Positions 24,182-32,000 of a stretch of 32,000 bases of DNA are shown in pieces. A model generated the notes under the pieces. It had not been told where the DNA came from. It saw only the letters and a list, made by a program, of their open reading frames with translations, and did no database searches. The stretch spans positions 2,640,001 through 2,672,000 of the forward strand of contig NC_014148.1 in assembly GCF_000092105.1 (NCBI RefSeq), read 5' to 3'. A program made the translations under genes and the position numbers. Source of the stretch: Planctopirus limnophila DSM 3776. GTDB taxonomy: Bacteria > Planctomycetota > Planctomycetia > Planctomycetales > Planctomycetaceae. How positions within the stretch are numbered: position 1 is the first letter of the stretch; every line of letters begins with the position of its first letter.

Positions 24182-25069
24182 ATGGCGTTGCTTCTGAGTA
24201 TGACAGGAATCGGAATTGGCAGTGCCGAATCCGGAGAAGAGCGGTTGATGGTCGAGATTCGATCTGTCAATAACCGTTACTTCAAGCTCTCTCTACGCTC
24301 TCCCGATTGTTTCGCTGTCTTTGAACCCGAGATCGAGAAGACACTGCGCGACAGAATCAGCCGGGGAACTGTCAACGTTTCCATTCGTCTGGAAAGCCGA
24401 GGCCTGCCATCTGCCATCCGGATTCAGCAGGATGTTCTCAAGGGATACTGGTCGCAACTTCAACCTCTGGCAAAAGAGCTGAAGACCAAGCCTCCCAGAC
24501 TGTCGGAGTTACTCACACTTCCTGGTGTCTTGAGTGATGAATCTCAGTCATCCACAGCAGCCGAAGAGCACCTGGCATTGCTCAAACAGGCGCTGTCGTC
24601 AGCTCTGGATGAGTTTGAGGCTTTTCGCTGCCGGGAAGGGGCGGCCATGCAGGCCGACCTCTGCAAACAGCAATCGCTGATCGTTGAAAAATCGCAACTG
24701 GTTCGCGAGACAGCACCTCAGGTTCTTCAGGAATACCGCGAGAAACTGCTGGAACGCATCAACCAGGTGCTCGCGAATTCTGCGACGCAGGTCACTCCCG
24801 CAGAAGTGGTTCGTGAAATGAGTCTGTTCGCCGACAAGTGCGATATCAATGAAGAACTCGCCCGCCTCGCAAGTCACTTCGAACAGTTTGAAAAATACTT
24901 GTGTGATCAGATTTCCCAAGGTCGAAAAATCGAATTTCTGCTTCAGGAAATGTTCCGCGAAATCAATACCGTTGGCTCGAAAGCCAATCATGCGGCGATT
25001 GCACATTGCGTGGTGGAAATGAAGGCGGCACTTGAGCGGATGCGAGAAGTCATTCAGAACGTCGAATAG
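24182..25069 (+). CDS. yicC: YicC/YloC family stress-induced protein
   Basis: The N-terminus SMTGIG...VEIRSVNNRYFKLSLRSP matches the YicC_N signature (compare SMTGFG...E.KSVNHR). The C-terminus EFLLQEMFREINTVGSKAN matches the YicC C-terminal domain. The gene sits upstream of gmk, as in many bacteria. Confidence 0.85.
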   Translation: MALLLSMTGIGIGSAESGEERLMVEIRSVNNRYFKLSLRSPDCFAVFEPEIEKTLRDRISRGTVNVSIRLESRGLPSAIRIQQDVLKGYWSQLQPLAKELKTKPPRLSELLTLPGVLSDESQSSTAAEEHLALLKQALSSALDEFEAFRCREGAAMQADLCKQQSLIVEKSQLVRETAPQVLQEYREKLLERINQVLANSATQVTPAEVVREMSLFADKCDINEELARLASHFEQFEKYLCDQISQGRKIEFLLQEMFREINTVGSKANHAAIAHCVVEMKAALERMREVIQNVE

Positions 25070-25161
25070 GCAACCGGCTGTGTGAGATGAGTGAATTGCC
25101 CTGAGTTGTTGGAACTGAGTGATAGACTTTCCGCCCTTGAAGCCCACGGGATGCAGAGACA

Positions 25162-25782
25162 ATGACAGTTGCATCAGAGCGTCCAGAGAGCACGGATTCT
25201 CTGCCTTTCCGGGTGGTCGTTCTTTCCGGGCCCAGCGGCAGCGGCAAGACAACAATTGTCCACCATCTGCTTGAGCAATCGCCAATTCCGCTCACCAAAG
25301 CGATCTCTGCGACAACGCGCCCGCCCCGAAAAGGTGAAATCGACGGCGAAGACTATTATTTTCTATCACATGAAGAATTTATGGCTCGGCTCCACCAGCA
25401 GGAGTTTGTCGAAACGGCAGAAGTCTATGGTGCTGGTTACTGGTACGGGACTTTAGTATCGGAAATTGAACGGGCACGAGCACTGAACTCCTGGTCATTT
25501 CTGGAAATTGATGTGGAAGGTGCTCTGCGAGTCGTGCAGCTTTACCCAGATGCGATTACAATTTTTCTAAAAACACCTTCACCAGAAATTATTGAGCAGC
25601 GACTCCGGGGAAGAGGCACCGACTCGGAAGAGACGATTCAAAAGCGCTTGAAGCAAGCTCATCTCGAACTTGCCCAGGCAGACCAATATCGCTACCAGAT
25701 CATCAATGATCATCTGGATGCAGCAGTCCAACGCATTATCGCACTATTGCAAAATGAGGCCGGCACATGCTCGAAGAACTGA
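25162..25782 (+). CDS. gmk: Guanylate kinase
   Basis: [15 protein letters not shown] (P-loop), [32 protein letters not shown]. Confidence 0.93.
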   Translation: MTVASERPESTDSLPFRVVVLSGPSGSGKTTIVHHLLEQSPIPLTKAISATTRPPRKGEIDGEDYYFLSHEEFMARLHQQEFVETAEVYGAGYWYGTLVSEIERARALNSWSFLEIDVEGALRVVQLYPDAITIFLKTPSPEIIEQRLRGRGTDSEETIQKRLKQAHLELAQADQYRYQIINDHLDAAVQRIIALLQNEAGTCSKN

Positions 25783-26027
25783 AAGAAGAAGCGATTGTCC
25801 GTAAAGTGGGAGGTCGCTTTAAACTCTCCACCCTGATTCAAAAGCGAATGGTGGCTCTCAATCGCGGAGCCAGGCCACTGGTCGACATCCAGACCAAGAA
25901 TCCTATGGAAGTCGTTGTGCAGGAGATCTTGCAGGATAAGATCTTCCTGGATGCTTCCGGAAATCTCCAGACCGCACCCAGCGTTCCCCGAGAAATGGAT
26001 GCGGGACCTTCTCTGGATGATCTGTAA
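25767..26027 (+). CDS. rpoZ: DNA-directed RNA polymerase subunit omega
   Basis: 86 aa. [25 protein letters not shown] resembles the omega core helix region. The gene overlaps the gmk stop by 16 nt in the conserved gmk-rpoZ arrangement. Confidence 0.8.
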   Translation: MLEELKEEAIVRKVGGRFKLSTLIQKRMVALNRGARPLVDIQTKNPMEVVVQEILQDKIFLDASGNLQTAPSVPREMDAGPSLDDL

Positions 26028-26055
26028 TCGATTTGTCCGACAATAATTTTCATCT

Positions 26056-26093
26056 CACCCCGGTTTGCCATCAGTGCAAAACGGGGTGTTTTT
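26056..26093 (+). terminator. Intrinsic terminator after rpoZ
   Basis: CACCCCGGTTTGC (26056-...) loop GCAAAACGGGGTG (to 26088). The stem is 7+5 bp with one mismatch and is followed by TTTTT. Confidence 0.7.
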
Positions 26094-26312
26094 CTCGACT
26101 GAAATGCACAAGTCTGTGAGGTGCATCGAACTGACTTCGCCGCCTTTGATACATCCATGTGATGTCAAAAATCGCGAAGGAACCGATAGGCCATACTGGA
26201 ACAAAGGTTCATCAAGTCAGCGTGCCATATCAGGTTAGAACTTAAACAGAGCAGGCGTCTTGCAGACTTGCCGGACGTTTTGTCGAAAACCCGCCCGATT
26301 GGAGGATTTTCT

Positions 26313-26864
26313 ATGGCTGGATTCGAAGTCCTTCTGGGGGTGACAGGAGGCATTGCTGCCTACAAGTCGGCTGAACTTTGCAGCAAGCTGGTTCAACGCG
26401 GTGCTCAGGTCTCTGTAGTCCTCACTGAATCTGCCGAAAAGTTCATTGGCCCGACGACATTTGAAGCACTCACAGGGCGCCCCGTCATTCGCGAAATGTT
26501 CTCTCCACAGGAGCATTTTCGTGGTGAGCACATCGGCCTGGCTCAGCGTGCGAATGTCTATGTGATCGCCCCCGCCACAGCCAACTCTCTGGCGCAACTT
26601 GCTCATGGGTTTGCCCCCGATCTGGTCAGCACTCTTGCTTTGACAATTACCTGCCCCTTGTTTGTGGCCCCCGCCATGAACTGCGAGATGTGGGCCAAGC
26701 CTTCGGTCACTCGCAATGTACAACAACTCCGCGAGGATGGCGTACACGTTATTGAACCCGGGGAAGGCTGGCTAAGCTGCGGTCAAATTGGACGCGGCCG
26801 GATGGCTGAACCTGCAGAAATTCTTGCCAAACTACAAGCTCATTTCCCTGTCCTGGCCACATAA
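26313..26864 (+). CDS. coaC: Phosphopantothenoylcysteine decarboxylase flavoprotein (CoaC domain only)
   Basis: VLLGVTGGIAAYKSAELCSKLVQRGAQVSVVLTESAEKFI and VIAPATANSLAQLAHG give the flavoprotein / CoaBC N-terminal domain signature. The ORF ends after ~180 aa with no CoaB (synthetase) half. Confidence 0.85.
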   Translation: MAGFEVLLGVTGGIAAYKSAELCSKLVQRGAQVSVVLTESAEKFIGPTTFEALTGRPVIREMFSPQEHFRGEHIGLAQRANVYVIAPATANSLAQLAHGFAPDLVSTLALTITCPLFVAPAMNCEMWAKPSVTRNVQQLREDGVHVIEPGEGWLSCGQIGRGRMAEPAEILAKLQAHFPVLAT

Positions 26865-26930
26865 AATCTCAAAGGATCATGCTGATCAAGAGATCTGCCC
26901 GCTTGATCTTGTCCAGCGTTTGCCGAAGAT

Positions 26931-27770
26931 TCAGTTGCGTTCGGAAAGACAGCGGACGGCTTCCTGCCAATGGCGGGTCAGCACTGATCGCTCGCTCCCG
27001 TCACAAGAGCGCAGGCAATCCTCCAGCAGTTGCACTGCCAACCCATAATGCCCGGCCTTGAATGCAATGAGGCCCAGATCGCGATGCTGATCAAATCTCC
27101 CCGGTAGAAGAGCTGTCAATCGCCTCTGAACCTGGTGGGCCAGTTCCCAATGCCCCTGCTTGACGTGGAGAACTTTCAGATTATTGAGCATGCGCGTCAT
27201 GATTTCTCGCGGACGTGCAGGATCCATCATCGGCCGCACTTCGTCCTCTGGAAGTTGACTTAAATCGGTCAGCCATTCGAGGCATTCTTCCCAATCTAAA
27301 ATCAGTCCTCCACGAAAGGCATCGACAAAAAGTGGGCCTTCCTCGCTCTCCAGCCTCAAGAGAAACTGGAGCGGTGCAGAGACACCTTGAAGTGGAATAC
27401 CGATCGACCGGGCCACCTCCCACCAGACCAGTGACAGGCTGATGGGCAATCCTGTCCCTGTACTGACCACACGGTTGAGATAGCTGGCTTCTGCTTGATC
27501 ATAGGCTGAACTACTACCATGCAGACCATGTGTTCCCGAAAGACATTGCGCGAGCGCCTGCAATTGATTTCGAGGATCATGTTTCCCGGAAAGCATCGAC
27601 TGTACTTCAAGAGCACGCTTGGAGATCCACTCCAGCGTGGGTCGAAAGCTCAAACCTGGTTGAGCCTCTCGCGCCACTTCCAGGGCAGCAACTGTCAGAT
27701 TGGCATTCCGATCCCGCTGAATCAGCTTGGTGAATTCAACATCATCGGGAAATACAAGCTTAAGGGTCAT
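26931..27770 (-). CDS. SirB1/YchA-like protein (transglutaminase-like N-domain + TPR-like C-domain)
   Basis: The motif YLNRVVSTGTGLPISLSLVWWEVARSIGIPLQGVSAPLQFLLR matches the family core (compare R.GIPISL..LY.ELA.RLGL...GV.FPGHFL.R). The C-terminus has helical repeats. The ATG at 27770 is preferred over the GTG at 27788. Confidence 0.7.
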   Translation of the reverse strand: MTLKLVFPDDVEFTKLIQRDRNANLTVAALEVAREAQPGLSFRPTLEWISKRALEVQSMLSGKHDPRNQLQALAQCLSGTHGLHGSSSAYDQAEASYLNRVVSTGTGLPISLSLVWWEVARSIGIPLQGVSAPLQFLLRLESEEGPLFVDAFRGGLILDWEECLEWLTDLSQLPEDEVRPMMDPARPREIMTRMLNNLKVLHVKQGHWELAHQVQRRLTALLPGRFDQHRDLGLIAFKAGHYGLAVQLLEDCLRSCDGSERSVLTRHWQEAVRCLSERN

Positions 27771-27975
27771 CGGAAAACATCCGTCCACAGAAGCACATAT
27801 TCATGATTCGGACAAATACCGCTAACTGTTGGAATTCAGACTCTTCACGAAACAACTTGAACAGCTAGGGAGAGTCACCCTCTTACGTATCGTATCGCAA
27901 TGTCTCCCTCACGCCCAAGTGAAAAAGGCTTCTATTCACCCACATGAACTCAGAGAGGCGACAAACCACACTGTC

Positions 27976-28407
27976 TTAACTGGCAGTCTCTTCCGGGGTG
28001 ACTCTCAATTTTTCAAGAATTACCTTATTCCCCGAGTCATTGTATTCGACCTTCGACATAAAAGCTCTCATCAGCATGATGCCGCGACCACAGGGACGAT
28101 CCAGATTTTCCTCGGCAGTCGGATCGGGAACATCGTTCCAGTCGAATCCCGGGCCTTCATCTTCGATCTCGATACTGGCAATCACATCGCTGACCGTGCA
28201 GGCAATTCGCACCCTTTTATCAGGATCCATGCGATTACCATGCTTGATGGCGTTGACCAGACCTTCTTCGAGGGCCAGCCGCATGCCAAACACATCTCTA
28301 GGAGAAAACTCCGCTGCTTCCATCGCAGCAATAATTTTCTCCTGAATGGCCTGACCTTCTGCGGTATCACTCGGAATCTGAATCTCGAACTGTTCATAGA
28401 TCGGCAT
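27976..28407 (-). CDS. Anti-sigma factor serine kinase (RsbW/SpoIIAB-like, HATPase_c)
   Basis: ALEEGLVNAIKHGN (N-box), EIEDEGPGFD (G1 box), GRGIMLMRAFM (G2 box). It is ~144 aa from the ATG at 28407. Confidence 0.8.
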   Translation of the reverse strand: MPIYEQFEIQIPSDTAEGQAIQEKIIAAMEAAEFSPRDVFGMRLALEEGLVNAIKHGNRMDPDKRVRIACTVSDVIASIEIEDEGPGFDWNDVPDPTAEENLDRPCGRGIMLMRAFMSKVEYNDSGNKVILEKLRVTPEETAS

Positions 28408-28743
28408 GGCATCACTGCTGTCGAAGAGAATCAGGCAATTACCAGACAAGCTTGAGCTTAAACAACTCGGCATTGATCGTCTGGATCAAAATCCAGAATG
28501 TCGACCTGGCAGACAACCACTCATAGCGCAACATCCATTGAATTCGAAAATGTGAAGCAGTTAGCGTTATGCACCAACGTCATGAGAACATTTTCGACGA
28601 GTTGCTGAGTGAACGTTGTTACCACAATCGCTTTTGAAGAAAGATCGTTCGAAGAGCACGGCCAATATTGTACTCAGTTTCCACTGCTCTCGATCAATGT
28701 CCCGTCCTTCAAGTTTACGATTGCTAACCCGCAAATCGACAGG

Positions 28744-29097
28744 TTACATCCCGTCGAGAGCTTGTTCCTGAGTCGACTTGATATCGAAAATCTTATCCAG
28801 GCGAGTGATCTGGAAGACTTCAAGAATTTCTGGGCGAATGGCGCAGAGCCGCAGCTTACCCCGTGCAGCTTTCACTTTTTTGTCCATCGTGATCAGTTTG
28901 CCCAGTGCAGCACTGGAAAGGTACTCGACAGTGGAAAAATCGAGCACGATCTTTTTGCGACCGTCTTCATCGACCAGTCCAAACATCTGATTCCCGATCA
29001 ACTGAATGTTGGTCTCATCGAGAATCTTCTTATCGACAAACTTGGCCACGGTGACATCACCAACTTCTTCGATGTCCAGACGTCTTGTACTCGACAT
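28744..29097 (-). CDS. Anti-sigma factor antagonist (STAS domain, RsbV/SpoIIAA-like)
   Basis: The 118-aa sequence ...VTVAKFVDKKILDETNIQLIGNQMF...KKIVLDFSTVEYLSSAALGKLITMDKKV...GKLRLCAIRPEILEVFQITRLDKIF follows the typical STAS layout, with the phosphorylatable Ser region (YLSSAALG). Confidence 0.85.
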   Translation of the reverse strand: MSSTRRLDIEEVGDVTVAKFVDKKILDETNIQLIGNQMFGLVDEDGRKKIVLDFSTVEYLSSAALGKLITMDKKVKAARGKLRLCAIRPEILEVFQITRLDKIFDIKSTQEQALDGM

Positions 29098-29803
29098 GGG
29101 TTTTCCTGATTTCGAATGAGACCGAGCCAGAACTGGCCAGAATGATCCTGGCAAACAATTCCAATATAGCTCGAATCCACTTCAAAAGATTCTGCTCTAT
29201 CGGAATAAAACAATTGCCTCAATGGGGATCATTGTTTCATAGACTCAGCAAGTCAAGCGTTTTCCCGGACTTGGGTTACGACCGCTCCCCTCGGCCTGCT
29301 GCAATTGATCCCGTTTTCTGACTTTAACTTAGCGAACAAAGAGTCCGAGAATCCGCTCCAGCCAGCGTGATCCCTCATACCCGGCCTCAAAGGTGTCACC
29401 AGCAGATTGCAACGTGATTGGGCATATCCTGACTGACCATTCCGGTTGACGGAGACAACTGCGATTCAGATGACAACCGATGTTCAGCCTTTGAGGACAT
29501 CGATCCTGCCACCTCAATAACAACCATTTTTGTCAATTTCCCAATTCATCTGACGACCATCTCGCAATATTTGTTGCCTGATTTTTGCAAATTTCTGCCT
29601 CAGTCTGTCAAAATCCCCTGAGGCAGCCAGCAGACCCGATTGACGCCGAAGCCTTCTGAATACACCTCTGACGGGTTGCCACAACATCCCCCAGTGCCGA
29701 TACTTCAATCAGTACGATGTTTTTCAAGATGACCTTGGCCACATGGCAAGACATCGAACAGCTTGTATCTTCGGCTGAGAGTCTACGGATCAAATTCTGG
29801 CGA

Positions 29804-30310
29804 ATGGACGAGAGCATGAGTGAGAATTTTGAAGAACGCCTTTCTCAAGCCATCCAAAGGGGAAATCGTCAGCGGGAAGAGGCGGGCTCACAACGAGCAC
29901 GAGCAGCTCGAACGGACGAAGATTACCGCCAGCAGCACGGCGCCTTGCGTATCGAACTCTCCGATCAGATCGAATCGGCAATTCGCAAAATGGTCAAGCA
30001 CTTCCCGGGATTTAACTTCCGGACGGTGATTTCGCCGGATGGCTGGGGCGCACATGCCAGCCGTGATGATGTCTCCGGCACCACTCGTCGTGATGTCACG
30101 CAGTTGTATTCCTACCTCGAAATTCTCGTGCGGCCCTACAACAGCTCTGCACGCATCATCGATCTGGTGGTGCGAGGCACCATTCGCAACAAAGAAATTC
30201 TTCGCAAGAACGAGTTCAATCTCCTCGATGAAGTGAACACCGAGCAACTGAAGAACGTCATCGATCAGTGGGTCGTGCAATACGCAGAACGCTATGCCGC
30301 CCAGGGATAG
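29804..30310 (+). CDS. Hypothetical protein
   Basis: ORF with normal-looking composition and no family I recognise. Candidate starts are 29717, 29804 and 29816. Confidence 0.5.
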   Translation: MDESMSENFEERLSQAIQRGNRQREEAGSQRARAARTDEDYRQQHGALRIELSDQIESAIRKMVKHFPGFNFRTVISPDGWGAHASRDDVSGTTRRDVTQLYSYLEILVRPYNSSARIIDLVVRGTIRNKEILRKNEFNLLDEVNTEQLKNVIDQWVVQYAERYAAQG

Positions 30311-30399
30311 ACCCGAACGTGACGCGGATCATCCCATCGGGGAGTTGAGCATCACTCGTTAAAGTTTAAATCGCTAAGTTCCAGTCCCACCGTTGTGAA

Positions 30400-31071
30400 A
30401 TGAATGCAAGGATCGATTTCATGAGTCGCCATTCCAGCGTGACGAGAGTTCTCGAATCCGGGTTAATTGCGATTTTGCGATCAGATTCACCCGATAAGCT
30501 CATTTCGCTGTGCCATGGACTGCACCGTGGTGGAATTCAAATCATTGAAATCACCATGACCGTTCCCGGAGCGCTCGATGTCATTCGCCAGCTTCATCAG
30601 GAGTTGGGCTCACAGGTGCTCGTGGGAGCTGGCACCATTCTCGACCCGGAAACAGCACGACTGGCAATCCTCGCCGGTGCAGAGTTTCTGGTGACCCCCG
30701 CACTGAATGTCGAAACCATCCAGTTGGCCAATCGATATGACAAGTTGATTCTCCCCGGGATTTTAACCCCCACAGAATTGGTCACAGCACTGGAAGCCGG
30801 AGCGTCCATGGTCAAGCTTTTCCCGGCTGATGCCGTCGGGCCAACCTTTCTCTCAGCACTCACCAGACCATTTCCGCAGGCGATGATTGTGCCGACAGGT
30901 GGGGTCACTCTCGACTCTCTCCAGGCATTTGTGAATGCAGGTGCTGCTGCCGTAGGCCTGGCCACCAGCCTGATCGATCAGAAACTTGCACAGAGTGGCG
31001 ATGCCACGGAAGCCGAGCGGAGGGCTCGCGCTTTTGTGGCAAAATATGCTGAAGTCCGCCGTAAATCCTGA
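30400..31071 (+). CDS. eda: KDPG / KHG aldolase (2-dehydro-3-deoxyphosphogluconate aldolase)
   Basis: GLIAILRSDS, GIQIIEITMTVPGALDVI, VGAGTILDPETARLAILAGAEFLVTP, PGILTPTELVTALEAGASMVKLFPA (Schiff-base Lys region). Confidence 0.88.
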   Translation: MNARIDFMSRHSSVTRVLESGLIAILRSDSPDKLISLCHGLHRGGIQIIEITMTVPGALDVIRQLHQELGSQVLVGAGTILDPETARLAILAGAEFLVTPALNVETIQLANRYDKLILPGILTPTELVTALEAGASMVKLFPADAVGPTFLSALTRPFPQAMIVPTGGVTLDSLQAFVNAGAAAVGLATSLIDQKLAQSGDATEAERRARAFVAKYAEVRRKS

Positions 31072-31432
31072 GTGTGAAATTGATCATCGCCACCCGTAGA
31101 CACTCAGCAAATACGGCTCATTACGATACGCTAAGTCGTTCTGCAGAAATCAGATTCGACCAAACTTCGGTCTGACCGTACACAGTTTGCCAACACCCGA
31201 TGGATCGTGAGCTAGACTGCATTCGTGGTGCTGGAGAGGCTTCTCCTGGTTCTCGATCGACAATCAGGATTGCATGAAGTCGGCACCGCGAGTGAGTCGA
31301 TACAGACGAAACGAATGTAGCGGAATTAGCGGTTGTATGGCGTGAAATGCCAGTTGAACCCAATTGATGCTGCTGATCTTTCGAGGTTCGACAAGCTGAT
31401 ATTTGGTAATCCTGAGTTGAGCGAGGCCAAAA

Positions 31433-32000
31433 ATGGGCAGCTTTGTGCGAACGTGTCTGAGTCTCTGCCTGGTGGCAGGTCTGGCCACGTTTGCCTCCGC
31501 CGCGAATCCGATCGTAACGGCCAAGAACCGTTTTCGAATCCCGTTTAAGGTCGATCCTGCGGCTCTTCAGAGGATGAATGCGCAGGAACTGAGGCTGTAT
31601 GTTTCATCAGATCGGGGGGCGACCTGGAGTCTGGCCCAATCGATTAATCCGGAAATTGGCAAGTTCGAGTATCAGTCTCCCGGAGACGGCGAATTCTGGT
31701 TCTCTGTCAAAACTCTGGATGGTGATAACCAGCTTCAGCCCAATGGCCGCGTGTTTGAGCCCGGCTTGATGGTCATCGTCGATACGCGTGAACCTCGTGT
31801 CGATCTCGCACTACAGGAAGTCCAGCAGGGCAAGGTACAGCTTTCGTGGCATCTCCACGACCAGAACCTTGATCCTTCCACACTCAAGCTGGAATACTCT
31901 CAACCGGGTGTTGCCGGTTGGCAAACAGTGAGTGTCTCTCCACGCTCTGCCGGTCAAACAACCTGGTCAGTCCCGCAGGGAGGAATTGTTGCCGTTCGTG
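31433..32000 (+). CDS. Secreted protein, N-terminal part (the 3' end lies outside the window); contains an Asp-box (BNR-like) motif
   Basis: It is absent from the supplied track because no stop is reached. The frame opened by the ATG at 31433 stays open to nt 32000 by my manual translation. MGSFVRTCLSLCLVAGLATFASAANP looks like a signal peptide. SSDRGATW matches the S-x-D-x-G-x-T-W Asp-box. Confidence 0.6.
   Translation, partial: MGSFVRTCLSLCLVAGLATFASAANPIVTAKNRFRIPFKVDPAALQRMNAQELRLYVSSDRGATWSLAQSINPEIGKFEYQSPGDGEFWFSVKTLDGDNQLQPNGRVFEPGLMVIVDTREPRVDLALQEVQQGKVQLSWHLHDQNLDPSTLKLEYSQPGVAGWQTVSVSPRSAGQTTWSVPQGGIVAVR

Noticed and set aside
24599-25285. 228-aa ORF on the - strand.
   Set aside because: It is antisense to yicC and the gmk 5' end, both of which have clear family signatures.
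26235-26747. 170-aa ORF on the - strand.
   Set aside because: It is antisense to coaC, with no motifs.
27829-29109. The + strand ORFs 27829-28455 (208 aa) and 28609-29109 (166 aa).
   Set aside because: They are antisense to the RsbW-like and STAS genes, which have clear signatures. These are shadow ORFs.
29595-29626. Perfect 9-bp inverted repeat CTGCCTCAG-N14-CTGAGGCAG upstream of the hypothetical gene at 29804.
   Set aside because: It has no U-tract on either strand and I recognise no motif. It may be a minor regulatory hairpin, but I cannot argue for a function.
29329-29708. Two abutting 64-aa - strand ORFs in different frames, considered as a possible frameshifted pseudogene.
   Set aside because: Neither resembles any family I know, and both have arbitrary composition. 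The evidence is insufficient.

Overview
This window looks like a chromosomal segment of a Planctomycetota-like bacterium. That guess is inference only, based on a giant disordered N-terminus on Rho, a SecG with a long Pro/Thr tail, weak Shine-Dalgarno usage and large secreted multidomain enzymes. Most of it is housekeeping. On the + strand: pabB (5' partial), pabA, a secreted thioredoxin-domain protein, rho, an M50 protease, pheA, tpiA-secG, yicC-gmk-rpoZ-coaC, eda and a 3'-partial secreted protein. On the - strand: a 1500-aa triple amidohydrolase fusion, clpB, dnaK, a SirB1-like protein and an RsbW/RsbV-like partner-switching pair. The stand-out is a compact - strand locus at about 11.85-14.24 kb that I read as a retron. 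It starts with a ~170-nt msr/msd-type ncRNA (14034-14202). This has 15-19 bp a1/a2 terminal inverted repeats, two short GC hairpins and an 18-bp perfect msd hairpin. The ncRNA is followed 15 nt later by a 446-aa reverse transcriptase that is collinear with retron Ec86 RT (NAQLH, LPQGAPTSP, YADD and VTG signatures). A multi-pass membrane protein with a canonical AAGGAG ribosome-binding site follows 58 bp downstream. I cannot assign it to any family, and it is the obvious candidate effector. The RT also carries an unusual ~100-aa N-terminal extension. Secondary observations include the ~425-aa disordered, poly-Arg and N/Q/G-rich N-terminus of Rho and the 1.2-kb ORF-poor region upstream of rho. 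Others are an amidohydrolase fusion with only one intact HxH metal site and several inverted repeats in the dnaK/clpB/pheA regulatory regions. No rRNA, tRNA, CRISPR array, transposase or integrase was seen. All family calls come from motif recognition by eye. No database search or RNA folding was run, and start codons are approximate.
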